Program-made: the position numbers and the translations under genes
Assembly: GCA_035294305.1 (NCBI GenBank)
Contig: DATGLD010000036.1
Span: 8,244-72,243 of the forward strand
DNA: 64,000 nucleotides
Origin: Ktedonobacteraceae bacterium
GTDB lineage: Bacteria; Chloroflexota; Ktedonobacteria; Ktedonobacterales; Ktedonobacteraceae
Reading direction: 5' to 3'
Notes under the pieces: generated by a model
The model's input: only the letters and a program-made list of their open reading frames with translations
Told to the model about the DNA's origin: nothing
The model's database searches: none
Part shown: piece after piece, positions 21,301 through 29,698 of the stretch
Layout: each line of letters opens with the position of its first letter
How positions within the stretch are numbered: position 1 is the stretch's first letter

Positions 21301-21605
21301 GGGAGCAAGGCATCGTGCACACCACGGCAATACTACTTGGGGGGATCTTTGGCGCAATCCTTGCCATTATAGCCATACCCGCCTTGATTGTGGTCAACAT
21401 TCCTGCCGGTGGCTCGTTCGGCAACGTGAGCAACACCCAGTTTTACACGTTACAGCAAGTTTTGCCTCCACACATTATCATTCCCTCGTCATTAAGCGTT
21501 ATTCTCATTGCCTTGCTTGCCATTGTCGTCGTTGTCCTCTCAACGATGATCCGGGTGAGCTTACGACCGGCGCCTGGTCGTCTATTACGAGTGAGTGAGG
21601 ATTAA
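15354..21605 (+). CDS. giant FtsX/MacB-type ABC permease; two tandem paralogous modules with two FtsX domains each
   Basis: 2083-aa continuous ORF. FtsX-domain signatures occur four times (ERQSHAIVLLRSRGASTGQI, SVRSRLNQFVALRALGATPRQV, ERQAQAIAVLRSRGASGGQI, SVRTRLHQFVVFRSLGADPRQV), each preceded by a large extracytoplasmic domain. The two halves align along their full length. Confidence 0.85.
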   Translation: MYRPSRQSSQASIIFNRLISVAALALWRWRRHWFLLLLTFVGMLAATALACILPLLTLVFQTTALHDTLTASPLASELTLHTQVTGLSSHTLYPIYQSGGTPFEDNLAPYLQGQPRLEIETPEFSIIAPEETQLRTPLRLYGNPINEITSHVILQQGRLPASTSQDIEVALTPDTASALHVRVGSVITVVSNFSVVPVRGASAAALQQSFCSIAPGKDTTPVTSQDTYCQRFKLHVVGIFEVKPNDSFWHGENFHPQSYETRIHYAALASNESLLAALDSAATTHSADTVYFLQGYFGSLSWYYYLNPSHISLDNLDDLIAQLAATQEAVNQASSFALLYQLPLVQGFNVTGSVLSTYAVPGSLESFRSSIAIARIPIFILTLQIICLLLFFTAIMTELLIERQSHAIVLLRSRGASTGQIFASHITQNLVLCIFALIAGPLLAYLGAVSIAQHVLPAINQDAIKVLTNDPLTALWNVRWYALAIAGSIIIVSIAALYRASRIYAPALRRESGRAAARPLWQRLNLDLVAAIIALTGYGVALYLADIGGLLDAQTQALVSAPIGLIAPVFLLLAAILLFLRITPALLRLASRLLARGRGAVPMLAMTQLSRSPRQSVRMIMLLALATAFAIFTLSFSASQTQRATNLANYAAGADFSGSIPSTAPAYPVNIETQRYRNIRGVLYASVGTVAEESVGDLNNLYLLDVQAIDPGTFAQATIWNPQNSSQPLSSLLTQLAARRNIAIQQHVIPAIVDAQTWNRLGLHVGESFFVHQNGTLTDNIRYIAIAEVQAIPTLTDLEIVNGQQFGKMIVDYQTFSALEKRLYGFEPSANHVWLHTSDDPTAIAHVRSVLQSSNLYLNYLQDRRAMMSNLQNEPFYLNLIIVLSLGVIAALLLALIADLLASWLSVRSRLNQFVALRALGATPRQVTGVMAFEQTLVYLTALCLGTAFGILLALTVVPTLLLSTPSAIPGDANSMTSMFIQQLIPAQIEFPWTLGIAFAVLVMLCAAAVMIMAWVALRPSMSSTLRLDEDQPPLAVLREVGTVGQGRAAAVGQGQAAVPTGLATQVRTVSRPAGLSFIVLASGQARRTWLLLVTTGIGITAAIVMVCAIPLFSEVMTTAGLQTTLNSTPGGSEFTLDALAPGLSTSVVQNIQQQLDPYLQARIGSYAHQPVLFSIKETGFIYAAPNTPNSYNPLNIFATSMEQASSHLTLLQGRLPREAGDVLEVLLTAPTAQNLHAKVGSILDLQFEQTSHFKDIATNNFTSEKLKVRVVGLFKVNAVNDYIWHGNTLQAIPGNEYSAASAIAPIGAFLAAFDHLAASLHTNAVFTANAFELLWDYRLEISHIAYNQYTDLADRLTTLQEDIQNKYGAIASTSFPYLSQASIYDPAPGSFTMLDVLESYLNRVDVFRVPAAILALQMIGMILVFISLTADILVERQAQAIAVLRSRGASGGQIAATLITQGIAIGIVALVIGPPLALVIVSAIALRLLGPQAQAIISLVMSGPMQVILSVSWYAVGTALVVILALALLFRRAANMNILSLRQATARSSRTTVWQHLRLDGGAAIIALTAFGLSLYLTRLGNQLDLGTKTLVQAPLTIIASIFFIFAIMVLFLRFFPLLLRLGTWIVIRGRGAVSVLALTQMARSPRYTLRTILLPAFAIAFVIFTLIFNASQAQRVIDIANYEVGADFSGDIPPDANNLTLQDEMAVYRAIPGVTSVTLGYTTQGFVAGSYPSIPVQVMAVDAATYAHTAIWNPQNSSQSLTVLMKQLLTLRSQSANSNIIPVIVDAAAASRLHLTLGSLLNVVINNQAFNPMYCQVVALVQHIPSINNSASTSSASNDTSPVGLLMDYQTYFTTYGKSSKRLASYAPPVPPAPPTPFNHIWLRVSDSPAAVVQVRAAVQTKYLYLNNLLDRHALIDELNNDPLSRNLTSFFILGTITTLLLALLGDFLASWLSVRTRLHQFVVFRSLGADPRQVIGMLTWEQGIVHTTAILLGGIFGAILAIIAIPALIVVNIPAGGSFGNVSNTQFYTLQQVLPPHIIIPSSLSVILIALLAIVVVVLSTMIRVSLRPAPGRLLRVSED

Positions 21606-21719
21606 TGAGATGACGATAATATTGGCGACTGATTCTTAGCCTCAATGTTATCGTCACCGGGACGAAAGCGAAAGAGACTGTTATGGGATGTAAATCTCGC
21701 GTTCTCAGGACGCCGGAAA

Positions 21720-22058
21720 CTAAAGCCAGCGTCTACGAGGTCGGCGCACATAGCCACCACGCCTATAGTAATAGCGAGAATAGTAGCGGTGTGCGTGGTG
21801 ATAGGCAAAAGCGCTCCAGATGAAAACCAGAATCGCAGCGGCGATAATGGACGTGATCAAGGGAACGCCGTTCAAAGTTGGCTCCCCAACGATGTGGACA
21901 TGAAAGACTCCCACCACCAGGAAAATGGCAATAAAGCCCAGCACGATCGCTCCCACCAGGCCAAATGGCGTGCGCCTCCGGGCGATCAATTCGCCAACGA
22001 AACCAACAATTGCGGCGATAATCAACCAGATAATCAGATCTCCAAGCGTGATTACCAT
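21720..22058 (-). CDS. GlsB/YeaQ/YmgE-family small membrane stress protein with Arg/Tyr-rich tail
   Basis: Three TM helices (IIWLIIAAIVGFVGELI, GLVGAIVLGFIAIFL, LITSIIAAAILVFIW). RBS GGAGGAG precedes ATG 22058. The upstream part of the ORF is not supported. Confidence 0.7.
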   Translation of the reverse strand: MVITLGDLIIWLIIAAIVGFVGELIARRRTPFGLVGAIVLGFIAIFLVVGVFHVHIVGEPTLNGVPLITSIIAAAILVFIWSAFAYHHAHRYYSRYYYRRGGYVRRPRRRWL

Positions 22059-22155
22059 AGAAATTGCTCCTCCTTTCAGTCGCCAAAAACTCACATGAGT
22101 TTTACTACACACTACCTACACGAAGCACAAGCATTTTCATATACAAAACACGTCT

Positions 22156-22983
22156 TTATTTCGTGGCCTGATAAGCCCGCTGATGCTTCTCCGCCTGCTT
22201 CCTGGCAAGCCGATCTCGTATCCAATCGAAGGTGTGATTATACAAAAAGATCAGCAACGAGAGGAAAATGGCTCCGGAGAGATAGCCGCCCAGCACATCG
22301 GTTAACCAGTGAGAACCCTCGAGAATACGCGAATAACCTATCACAGCGATGATCACGAATGCCACGAGCTGGAATGGAATCAGTATCCAGCGATAACGCC
22401 AATGACGAACCGGGGGAGTGAAGCTGAGGTACAATAGCATGCCATAGAAGACCAGATCATTCTCAGCGTGACCGGACGGAAAGCTGTGATACGGTTCCGG
22501 CATGTAGACATGAATGAGCGGCGAACTGGGCCGGGGTCTCCCTACAAGCAAACTGGCCAGACCGTTGAGACCATCCATGATACCGGTTCCTACAGAGACA
22601 AAGATGCCGGCCATAAACCAGCGCACCGCCGCTTTGCCCAGACGCCAGGCAATAATGCCAATCAGCATCAGGATCACAAACCATGATATGTACTCAATAA
22701 GGGAAACAAGTGGATCATTCATGAGGCTTGCGAAGGTGAGCACAGCCATAAAGCCCGCCCACAAATGAAGATGCTGGATAGTAATCGTGGTTTGCAGATC
22801 AAAAGGCCATGGCGCGGGATGAAAATGAACGATTACGCAGGCTAGCACAAAAATCACTACAGCAATACCCCAGAGCGCATACTGGAAAATGCGCGAGTTG
22901 CGCTCATCCTCCTGTTCTCCACTATGAGGGATTGCTGCTGGGGCATTGGATTGCAATCCTCTGGGATTCGTCATACTGGACAT
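22156..22983 (-). CDS. PAP2-family membrane phosphatase
   Basis: PAP2 motifs LLVGRPRP, SFPSGHA and SRILEGSHWLTDV. RBS GGAGGAG precedes ATG 22983. Confidence 0.8.
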   Translation of the reverse strand: MSSMTNPRGLQSNAPAAIPHSGEQEDERNSRIFQYALWGIAVVIFVLACVIVHFHPAPWPFDLQTTITIQHLHLWAGFMAVLTFASLMNDPLVSLIEYISWFVILMLIGIIAWRLGKAAVRWFMAGIFVSVGTGIMDGLNGLASLLVGRPRPSSPLIHVYMPEPYHSFPSGHAENDLVFYGMLLYLSFTPPVRHWRYRWILIPFQLVAFVIIAVIGYSRILEGSHWLTDVLGGYLSGAIFLSLLIFLYNHTFDWIRDRLARKQAEKHQRAYQATK

Positions 22984-23225
22984 CGCTTCTCCTCCAATCG
23001 TATTTTCCGCTTGCTTTATGTAGATACACGTGGGGATTAGCTTAACAGGATACAAAGAGTAATCCACTATACGCTCTGCGCAACCTCCTCATCATCCGAC
23101 GCCGCATCATAGCCGATTCTGGTGGTGAAACCTCATTAAGTTGTCCGGCTTGAAAGCTTGGCTTGCCAAAGATAGAAAGCAGCAGGGTTAGATCACGATG
23201 CGCAAGATCACAGTGAACCAATAGA

Positions 23226-23840
23226 TCATTCTTTGGAGCGCGCCCTCACGACAAGGTATCCTAACCCTCCAACAGTGGCAGCGAGTACGGCTGCGCCAAT
23301 AAGAAGTGGCGATCCCATCGTAGGTGTTGGCAGTGGCGGAGCTGGAATAAGGGCCTTTTCTTGAGGGCTGGACACGTGCCGGCGCGCAATTTCAAGCTTC
23401 AGGCTCGCCTCCCCTTTTCCCATGGCCCAGCGATGATTGGCGGAAAAAATCGGTTTGATCAGGAAAGAGAAGTAACGTAAAAGTGGCTTCTCGGCTTTAA
23501 TCTTCCAGTCGTAGACAACATTCACCCAGGGGCCATCCTGTTCAAATGTCCAGATGCCGCGCCCATCAAAATCACCCCATGCAACTAAGGTAAAGCCATC
23601 TTCGCGTACTTCCGTGACACGAAAGTCCCAGCGGAGCGTGTAAGGCAGCCAGCCCTTCGTGTACAGGCTGACCACTTTACCCAATCCATGCTCACCGCCT
23701 GGTTCGAGTACTTTCACATCCAGGTAAACTGAAGGCCACCAGCGCACAAGGTCGGCGGCATCAGCTAGAACCTCCGAAACTTCCTTTACCGTACTCTGCA
23801 CCCGCCACCTGGTAATAAAGTGATACTCGTTGCTTGCCAT
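23226..23840 (-). CDS. SRPBCC (START/polyketide-cyclase-like) protein with C-terminal TM anchor
   Basis: Pattern HFITRWRVQSTVKEVSEVLAD...LVRWWP typical of SRPBCC. C-terminal TM LLIGAAVLAATVGGLGYLVV. AGGAG lies 7 nt before ATG 23840. Confidence 0.65.
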   Translation of the reverse strand: MASNEYHFITRWRVQSTVKEVSEVLADAADLVRWWPSVYLDVKVLEPGGEHGLGKVVSLYTKGWLPYTLRWDFRVTEVREDGFTLVAWGDFDGRGIWTFEQDGPWVNVVYDWKIKAEKPLLRYFSFLIKPIFSANHRWAMGKGEASLKLEIARRHVSSPQEKALIPAPPLPTPTMGSPLLIGAAVLAATVGGLGYLVVRARSKE

Positions 23841-24061
23841 CGTAAGCTCCTTCTCATTGGACCAATTCAACTTCTATGGTCGAGATATATACAGCTTACG
23901 CAAGCAAAGAATTTTGGGATTACTCCTGGCAACATTCGCTTGACATAGAACACAGTTTCCAGTATAGTCAGTTCAGCAAAACCTGGTCAGCGGCATATGT
24001 GAGTAAACGTATCAAAGATTTCGGAAAACACTACCATTTTATCGCTCGAGGAGAAGCCTCT

Positions 24062-24517
24062 ATGAACACTATCATCACCCATTCCGCCCGGCTGCACTGC
24101 AACACTCATCGCGCCTTCGAAATGTTCACCTTGAACCAGAATCTCGAAGCGTGGCTGACAAATTACGCTGAGATCGAACCTGTCGCGGGAGGCAAATATG
24201 AACTCTACTGGGACACAGCCAACAAAACGCGTAACAATACGCATGGCTGCAGGATCACAGCCATCGAGCCGGATAAATATCTCTGCTTTGAATGGAAAGG
24301 CCCCTCGGAGTTCGAGGGTTTCATGAATAACGCCGACCCCCTTACCCATGTAACAGTTTTCTTCATTCCTTGCGACGAGGTCTTAACACCCTGCACGGAC
24401 GTTTATCTTGTTCACTCCGGCTGGGGCAGCTCGCCCGAATGGGAAAAAGCCAGGAACTACTTCGTGCGCGCCTGGGATATAGCATTTGATCAGCTTGAAG
24501 CGAGGATAAACGGTTAG
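24062..24517 (+). CDS. SRPBCC/AHSA1-like protein
   Basis: About 150 aa from MNTIITHSARL...; W-rich beta-grasp pattern (LEAWL..., FEWKG). RBS GAGGAG precedes ATG 24062. The longer ORF from 23876 is unsupported. Confidence 0.6.
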   Translation: MNTIITHSARLHCNTHRAFEMFTLNQNLEAWLTNYAEIEPVAGGKYELYWDTANKTRNNTHGCRITAIEPDKYLCFEWKGPSEFEGFMNNADPLTHVTVFFIPCDEVLTPCTDVYLVHSGWGSSPEWEKARNYFVRAWDIAFDQLEARING

Positions 24518-24535
24518 GAGAACCTGAGAATTTTA

Positions 24536-25828
24536 TCAGGCAGTCTCATTACCGGTCGTACTAACCCTATTGACCGGCATTTCACTTTGCTCTTCGTGCG
24601 CCGGCCTGGTTGGTGGCTCAGCGAGTCCAAATCTTGCCAGGCCCGCTATACCAACGCCCACCATGATGGACGCACAAAGAGCAATTCCTGCAGCCACCTC
24701 CACGACCGTGAATAGTGGAACGGCCAGCAACAAACCTAGCGAAGCTCCCGCATTTTCGAGCATCGCCAGCAGGCTATAGATCTTTCCTATTTGATTGGAT
24801 GGCAGATCAGTCTGTATCATCGTCAACAGCATGATATCGCCCATGGGGCCACCAACTGCTGCCAGAGCCGAACCCAACAATGCTAGCGGCAGCGAAGGCG
24901 CGAAAGCCAGCAAGAAAAATCCGACGCCCAGAACCAGCTTCCCTACGAAAATTGTCATAACCCGCCTATGGATGGTCAAACTACCAATGACCAGATTGCT
25001 CAGAACATTGCCCACTCCATAAGCGCCGACAATCAGACCATAGGCACCAACATTGCCCCCCAGCATGCGCGCAGCTAATAATGGGACACCGACAGTAAAA
25101 CCGGTACCCCAGGCGACACTGATAATGCCAAGACTTACGAATATCCATGCCAGGCAACGATGAGCGCGTACCAGGCGCATCGCTCCCCTTATCTCTTGCG
25201 ATACACCCTTGATGCCATTTCCTATCTCCCTATTCCGCTCAGGCTTCCAGGCAAAGTGCCGCCCCAACGAAAATACTGCCAGCGCGGAGATGACAAAACT
25301 GATCGCGTCCAGCGTAAAGAAATGGGCAAGGGGCAAGAAAATGATTAATACTCCCGCAAGGCTGGGACCGAGGGCGCGAGCCAGCCGCCTCGTTATATCC
25401 ATCAGCCCGTTAGTGGCCTGCAATATCTGCGTATCTCCAGTCAGCGCGGGCAGACTGGCCTGAAGAGTTGGATCGAATAAGGCTCCTAGACCGCCCACGA
25501 TGACTGCCACCACGACCAGGTGCCATAGTTGCAATATTCCGGTCAACGCCAGGATGGGCAGGATTCCAACAGCCACTGCGCGTAACACATCCACCACCAT
25601 CATCGTCGTGCGGCGATTCCAGCGATCCGCATAAACACCACCAAACAGGCCAAAGAGTAGCATCGAACCGGTTTCCGCTGCCGCCACAATGCCTGCCGCG
25701 CTCCCGGCCACCTTGACCGCGATCCACATCACGGCAATCAAATAGAAAAAATCGCCCATTGCTGAAAGCACCTGGCTCGACCAGAGAATGGCGAGGTGAC
25801 GTAAGCGCAGCACTTTTAGAAAACTCAT
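24536..25828 (-). CDS. MFS transporter
   Basis: 12 TM helices. MFS loop motif GGVYADRWNRR between TM2 and TM3. Divergent from the LysR gene. Confidence 0.85.
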   Translation of the reverse strand: MSFLKVLRLRHLAILWSSQVLSAMGDFFYLIAVMWIAVKVAGSAAGIVAAAETGSMLLFGLFGGVYADRWNRRTTMMVVDVLRAVAVGILPILALTGILQLWHLVVVAVIVGGLGALFDPTLQASLPALTGDTQILQATNGLMDITRRLARALGPSLAGVLIIFLPLAHFFTLDAISFVISALAVFSLGRHFAWKPERNREIGNGIKGVSQEIRGAMRLVRAHRCLAWIFVSLGIISVAWGTGFTVGVPLLAARMLGGNVGAYGLIVGAYGVGNVLSNLVIGSLTIHRRVMTIFVGKLVLGVGFFLLAFAPSLPLALLGSALAAVGGPMGDIMLLTMIQTDLPSNQIGKIYSLLAMLENAGASLGLLLAVPLFTVVEVAAGIALCASIMVGVGIAGLARFGLAEPPTRPAHEEQSEMPVNRVSTTGNETA

Positions 25829-25910
25829 GATCTCTCCCTGCTCCTTCTGTTCTGGCCTATAGCCTTGTCTAAAGTGTAAAGGAGGAATGAGCATAGTACA
25901 AGCCGATAGC

Positions 25911-25919
25911 TGCTATAAT
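25911..25919 (+). promoter_or_regulatory. extended -10 element TGCTATAAT for the LysR gene, overlapping an ATAGC-T-GCTAT palindrome
   Basis: TGCTATAAT lies 38 nt upstream of ATG 25957. The overlapping small palindrome could be the LysR autoregulatory site. Confidence 0.4.
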
Positions 25920-25956
25920 TGTTATCGAATTTTTCTATAGATGAAAGGAACGAGCA

Positions 25957-26859
25957 ATGGATAGAGATCAGTTACAAGCCTTCGAACGCATTGTGCGCGA
26001 CGGCAGCTTCAGCCGGGCCGCACGGACATTGAACATCACGCAGCCTACAATCAGCGCACGTATTCAAGCGTTGGAGCAAGAGGTAGGAGGTCAACTCTTC
26101 ACCCGCGCAGGACGGAAGGTAACGCTCACTGAAAGGGGTGAGAGTTTCTTGCCATATGCTCGCCGCGCCCTGGAAGTGCTGGCTGAAGGCGTCGAGGTAG
26201 CGCAATTGACCCAGGAGGGCAAACGCGGTCGCGTCACGGTCGGGACTATCGAATCGCTGGCAGGAGGGTTCCTGGCATCATCCATTGCAAGCTTCCACGA
26301 TACTCACCCAAAGGTGGATTACTTTGTGCGTACAGGCCATAGCGACCAGGTAGTGGAAATGCTCTATGATGGTGTAGTGAAACTGGGTCTGATAAGCTGG
26401 CCTTTTTTCAATCCTGATTTGATACCAGTGCTGCGCTTTCGCGAGCCACTCGTACTGGCCGTGCCGGCAGGTAGCTCTCTGATAGGAAGAGGAGCAGTAA
26501 CGCTAGAGGAGGCACAACGAGCAAAAGGCCACCTGCTGAAAGTCCAATGGCAATGGGGACCAGCTGTGAACACGACATTATTGCGCATTACCGAGCAGAT
26601 GAGTCCGATGGTAGAACTGCCCTTTGAAACGGTACGTCATCTATTGCTCGATGGTATCGGAGCAGCATTCCTCACCCGCGCATTGGTGGCAGAGGATTTG
26701 AAGTCAGGACGGCTGGTAGAGGTTGAAGTGGCCGATGTGCCACCGGTTTACAGGGAAAGCGCCCTGGTCCACCTGGCACATCGAGGCCCTCTCAATGCGG
26801 TGCTGGCCGATTTTGTAGAGGTGATGCGGGAGGAGGCGGGAGAGCTCTGTATCCGTTAG
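25957..26859 (+). CDS. LysR-family transcriptional regulator
   Basis: HTH FSRAARTLNITQPTISARIQALEQEVG followed by a LysR substrate-binding domain. Confidence 0.9.
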   Translation: MDRDQLQAFERIVRDGSFSRAARTLNITQPTISARIQALEQEVGGQLFTRAGRKVTLTERGESFLPYARRALEVLAEGVEVAQLTQEGKRGRVTVGTIESLAGGFLASSIASFHDTHPKVDYFVRTGHSDQVVEMLYDGVVKLGLISWPFFNPDLIPVLRFREPLVLAVPAGSSLIGRGAVTLEEAQRAKGHLLKVQWQWGPAVNTTLLRITEQMSPMVELPFETVRHLLLDGIGAAFLTRALVAEDLKSGRLVEVEVADVPPVYRESALVHLAHRGPLNAVLADFVEVMREEAGELCIR

Positions 26860-26925
26860 ACTTAGAGAGGAAGCTCATTTGCCACCCCCTATTTCCTACT
26901 TATGTATCGATGGTTAGCTCATCCG

Positions 26926-28038
26926 TTACAGCCGTGGATCAACAGGCTCACTTTCAAGCGCCAGCACGCCAAAAACGCACTCATGCACTCGGCGCAGGGG
27001 TTCTCCGCGCACAAAACGCTCCAGGGCCTCGACGCCAAGAGAAAACTCGCGCAGGGCCAGCGAACGTTTTGCGCCTAATCCGCGTTTGCGCAGTTGTTCT
27101 AGATTCTGCGGAATGCTGTACTCAGGACCGTAGATGATACGCAGGTATTCCGGCCCGCGGCATTTGAGGGCGGGCTGTACGATTCCTCGCTTGCCTCTCA
27201 CAAGGAAATCCAGCGGCTTGACCACCATTCCTTCGCCGCCGCGCCCGGTCAGTTCTCGCCACCAGGCAATGCCCTCTTCAATGCTTGCCGCACCGGTGAT
27301 ATCCACAACTTTGAATGGCGTAGCGAGCAGCAGCGCTTCATCAGCACGGCAGATCTCGGCAAGCGTCTCCATATGCCAGGCGTGATCCTTGTTCGTATAA
27401 ACTTTGCCCTGTGTCGCCAGCAGGTGAAACGGGGCAAGTTTGAGGTCGGTCACGGCATATACGGGCCAGCAATACCGTCGATAGGCATTGACATACTGTG
27501 TGACGAGCTTTTGCTTGTTGCGATAGGTCGCCAGCAATTCTTCAACATCGCGGCCCTGTTCTGCTGCCAGTTCGAGGCCTGCCACTGCATCACCTGTTGC
27601 GGCGCGTGCGGCAGAGCCGACGGAGGCATACTGCTGGAGCAGCAGCGCCTGGGCCTTAACCGACCAGGGCATCAGTGGGCGATGATGGTTACGCTCCTGA
27701 CAAACCTTCTCGGGCAGGTTGAACACAATTGCTACGGGCAGGCAATGATACTCACGCGCCAGCGTGAGCAACGGTTTACGGGCCTCCGACTGAACGTTCG
27801 TCGCATCGATCACTGTCAGCTTTCCCGCAGCCAGGCGTTTAGCGGCAACGAAGTGCAGTACCTCGAAAGCATCCTTGGTAGCGCTCTGGTCATTTTCATC
27901 ATCCGAGACCAAGCCTCTACAAAAATCCGATGAGAGGATCTCAGTACTTTTAAAGTGTTTATGGGCAAAAGTTGACCTGCCGGAACCTGAAGGCCCGATG
28001 AGGATCACCAGTGAAAGCTCAGGAATCGTAATATTCAT
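26926..28038 (-). CDS. pnkp: Pnkp-derived protein: polynucleotide kinase head joined to the C-terminal part of the ligase domain; phosphatase and adenylyltransferase core are missing
   Basis: The N-terminus (LVILIGPSGSGRSTFA...VIDATN...) matches the bacterial Pnkp kinase domain. The C-terminus (YRRYCWPV...LAPFHLLA...GGEGMVVKP...ALKCRGPEYLRIIYGPEY...LALREF...VHECVFGVLALESEPVDPRL) matches the end of the Pnkp ligase domain. Only 370 aa, whereas I recall roughly 850-870 aa for the characterised enzymes. Confidence 0.75.
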   Translation of the reverse strand: MNITIPELSLVILIGPSGSGRSTFAHKHFKSTEILSSDFCRGLVSDDENDQSATKDAFEVLHFVAAKRLAAGKLTVIDATNVQSEARKPLLTLAREYHCLPVAIVFNLPEKVCQERNHHRPLMPWSVKAQALLLQQYASVGSAARAATGDAVAGLELAAEQGRDVEELLATYRNKQKLVTQYVNAYRRYCWPVYAVTDLKLAPFHLLATQGKVYTNKDHAWHMETLAEICRADEALLLATPFKVVDITGAASIEEGIAWWRELTGRGGEGMVVKPLDFLVRGKRGIVQPALKCRGPEYLRIIYGPEYSIPQNLEQLRKRGLGAKRSLALREFSLGVEALERFVRGEPLRRVHECVFGVLALESEPVDPRL

Positions 28039-28116
28039 GACAGGTAACGCATCCTTAACCGCAATAGCAGATTATGTAAGATTTCCCTACCCAACCAACT
28101 TATCTTTTAGCATGTA

Positions 28117-29550
28117 TCAATTTACTATCTCACGCGAGAAAATCGCCATCTGCGAAGGCGCTCCAACCTGCGAGTCTTCCGGCCCTATCGACAGGAAACG
28201 AACAGAATAACTGAACTGTGCTGCTACCCTGTTTGCCCACGTCTGAAATTCCTGGCGCGTCCATTCAAAACGATGATCTTTGTGGCGAAACTGGCCGGTA
28301 GGCAATGTTTCAAACTTGACATTATATTCCGAGTTGGGCGTCGTTATTATTACCGTCGCGGGCCGGGCAAACTCGAAGAGAACCCGTTCAAACGCAGCAA
28401 GACGTGCCGGGTCCAGGTGCTCTATGACCTCGACAACCGCGGCAGCATCGTATCCTTCCAATCGTTTATCCCGATAAGTCAACGCGCCATGGAACAGTAG
28501 AATACGTTCCTTCTGCTTAGCAGGTAGACGATCAAGATTCAAGCGATCCCTGGCTCTTTCCAGAGCACGATAGGAAACATCCATGCCGGCAATCTTGTCA
28601 AAAGCTTTATCGTGCAAGAGCATTTTAAGCAACTTGCCTTCGCCACAGCCTAAATCAAGCACTCGCGTTGCTCTCGCCTGTTTAAGCGCTGCCATGACCG
28701 CTCCCAGGCGCTGCTCATGTAAACTCAAACGCTCCTCGAGACGTTCTTCTCCAGCATCCGATTTTTCCGTCGCCACATCCTCATCAGGAGCATCCTCAGC
28801 CGTCAAACGTGCGATCGCATCGCGCGTCAAACTTCGCTTGTGCTTCAGATAACGATAGGCGATCTGCTCGCGTTCCGGGTGGGTTTCTAGCCATCCTTTG
28901 CCCCGGCGCAACAATTTTTCGACCTCATCATCCCCTATCCAATAATGCTTGTCATCATCCAGTACCGGGACAAGCACATAGAGATGCGTCAAAAGATCAC
29001 ACAAACGACAACTGGCTTCCAGGGTGACCGTGTAATAAATGCTCATGCCCCATTCTGGATAGGTTTCATCCAGCATATGAGGTGTGGCAGCTACCCTATA
29101 GCCCAATGGCTCAAAGAGACGCTTGAGCAGGTTTTCTCCCCCACGACAAGGCAAGACAGCAACCTTCGCCCGCAAAGGAATCTTCATTTCGGCCAGTTCC
29201 TGGCGAACTGCACTATGCCCATTCAGAGCCGTCCCATAGACCTGCGCAATGGCGACACTGAGAAACGAGGAAGCCACCTAAGGGCGGTCATTGACATACT
29301 GCTCCAGCGAAACCGCGCCATGCGAACCGCGTACTAACTGCACCGGATCGACATCCAGCAGCAATGCCGCAGTACAGGATTCGTCACTGACTTCTGGATA
29401 GAATATATGAGCCTTGCCGAACGAAAGCGCGAATGATTGCACCCTGGCCGGATTTTTATGTAGCAAGTAACCCAGGTCAGTAGCCGGTTGGTAAGTTGTC
29501 GTGATTGTCAGCAACATATATCTCCCCGGGAGGCTTTGTTGTAGAGGCAT
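28117..29550 (-). pseudogene. hen1: Hen1 RNA 3'-terminal 2'-O-methyltransferase interrupted by an in-frame TAG
   Basis: The 90-aa ORF (29278..29550, ...LEQYVNDRP*) and the 386-aa ORF (28117..29277, VASSFLSVAI...) are contiguous and in frame, separated only by TAG at 29278-29280. The C-terminal SAM-MTase motif VLDLGCGEGKLL is present. Adjacent to pnkp. Confidence 0.8.
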
Positions 29551-29698
29551 TGTAACATTGCAGGGTTCTGTTTACAATACATCGCCTCTGCCCTTACTTT
29601 TCCCCGCCTTGACGTCCTTGCTACAATTAACCTCGATATCCTAACACAAATATCTCTCTATTCGGGCTATAGGAAATTTTGGATCGAATGCAGTTAAT

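Noticed and set aside
29278-29280. The in-frame TAG in hen1 as programmed recoding, such as pyrrolysine or suppression.
   Set aside because: There are no pyl genes or other in-frame TAGs in the window. A neighbouring gene of the same module is also damaged, so simple nonsense mutation or a base-call error is more parsimonious.
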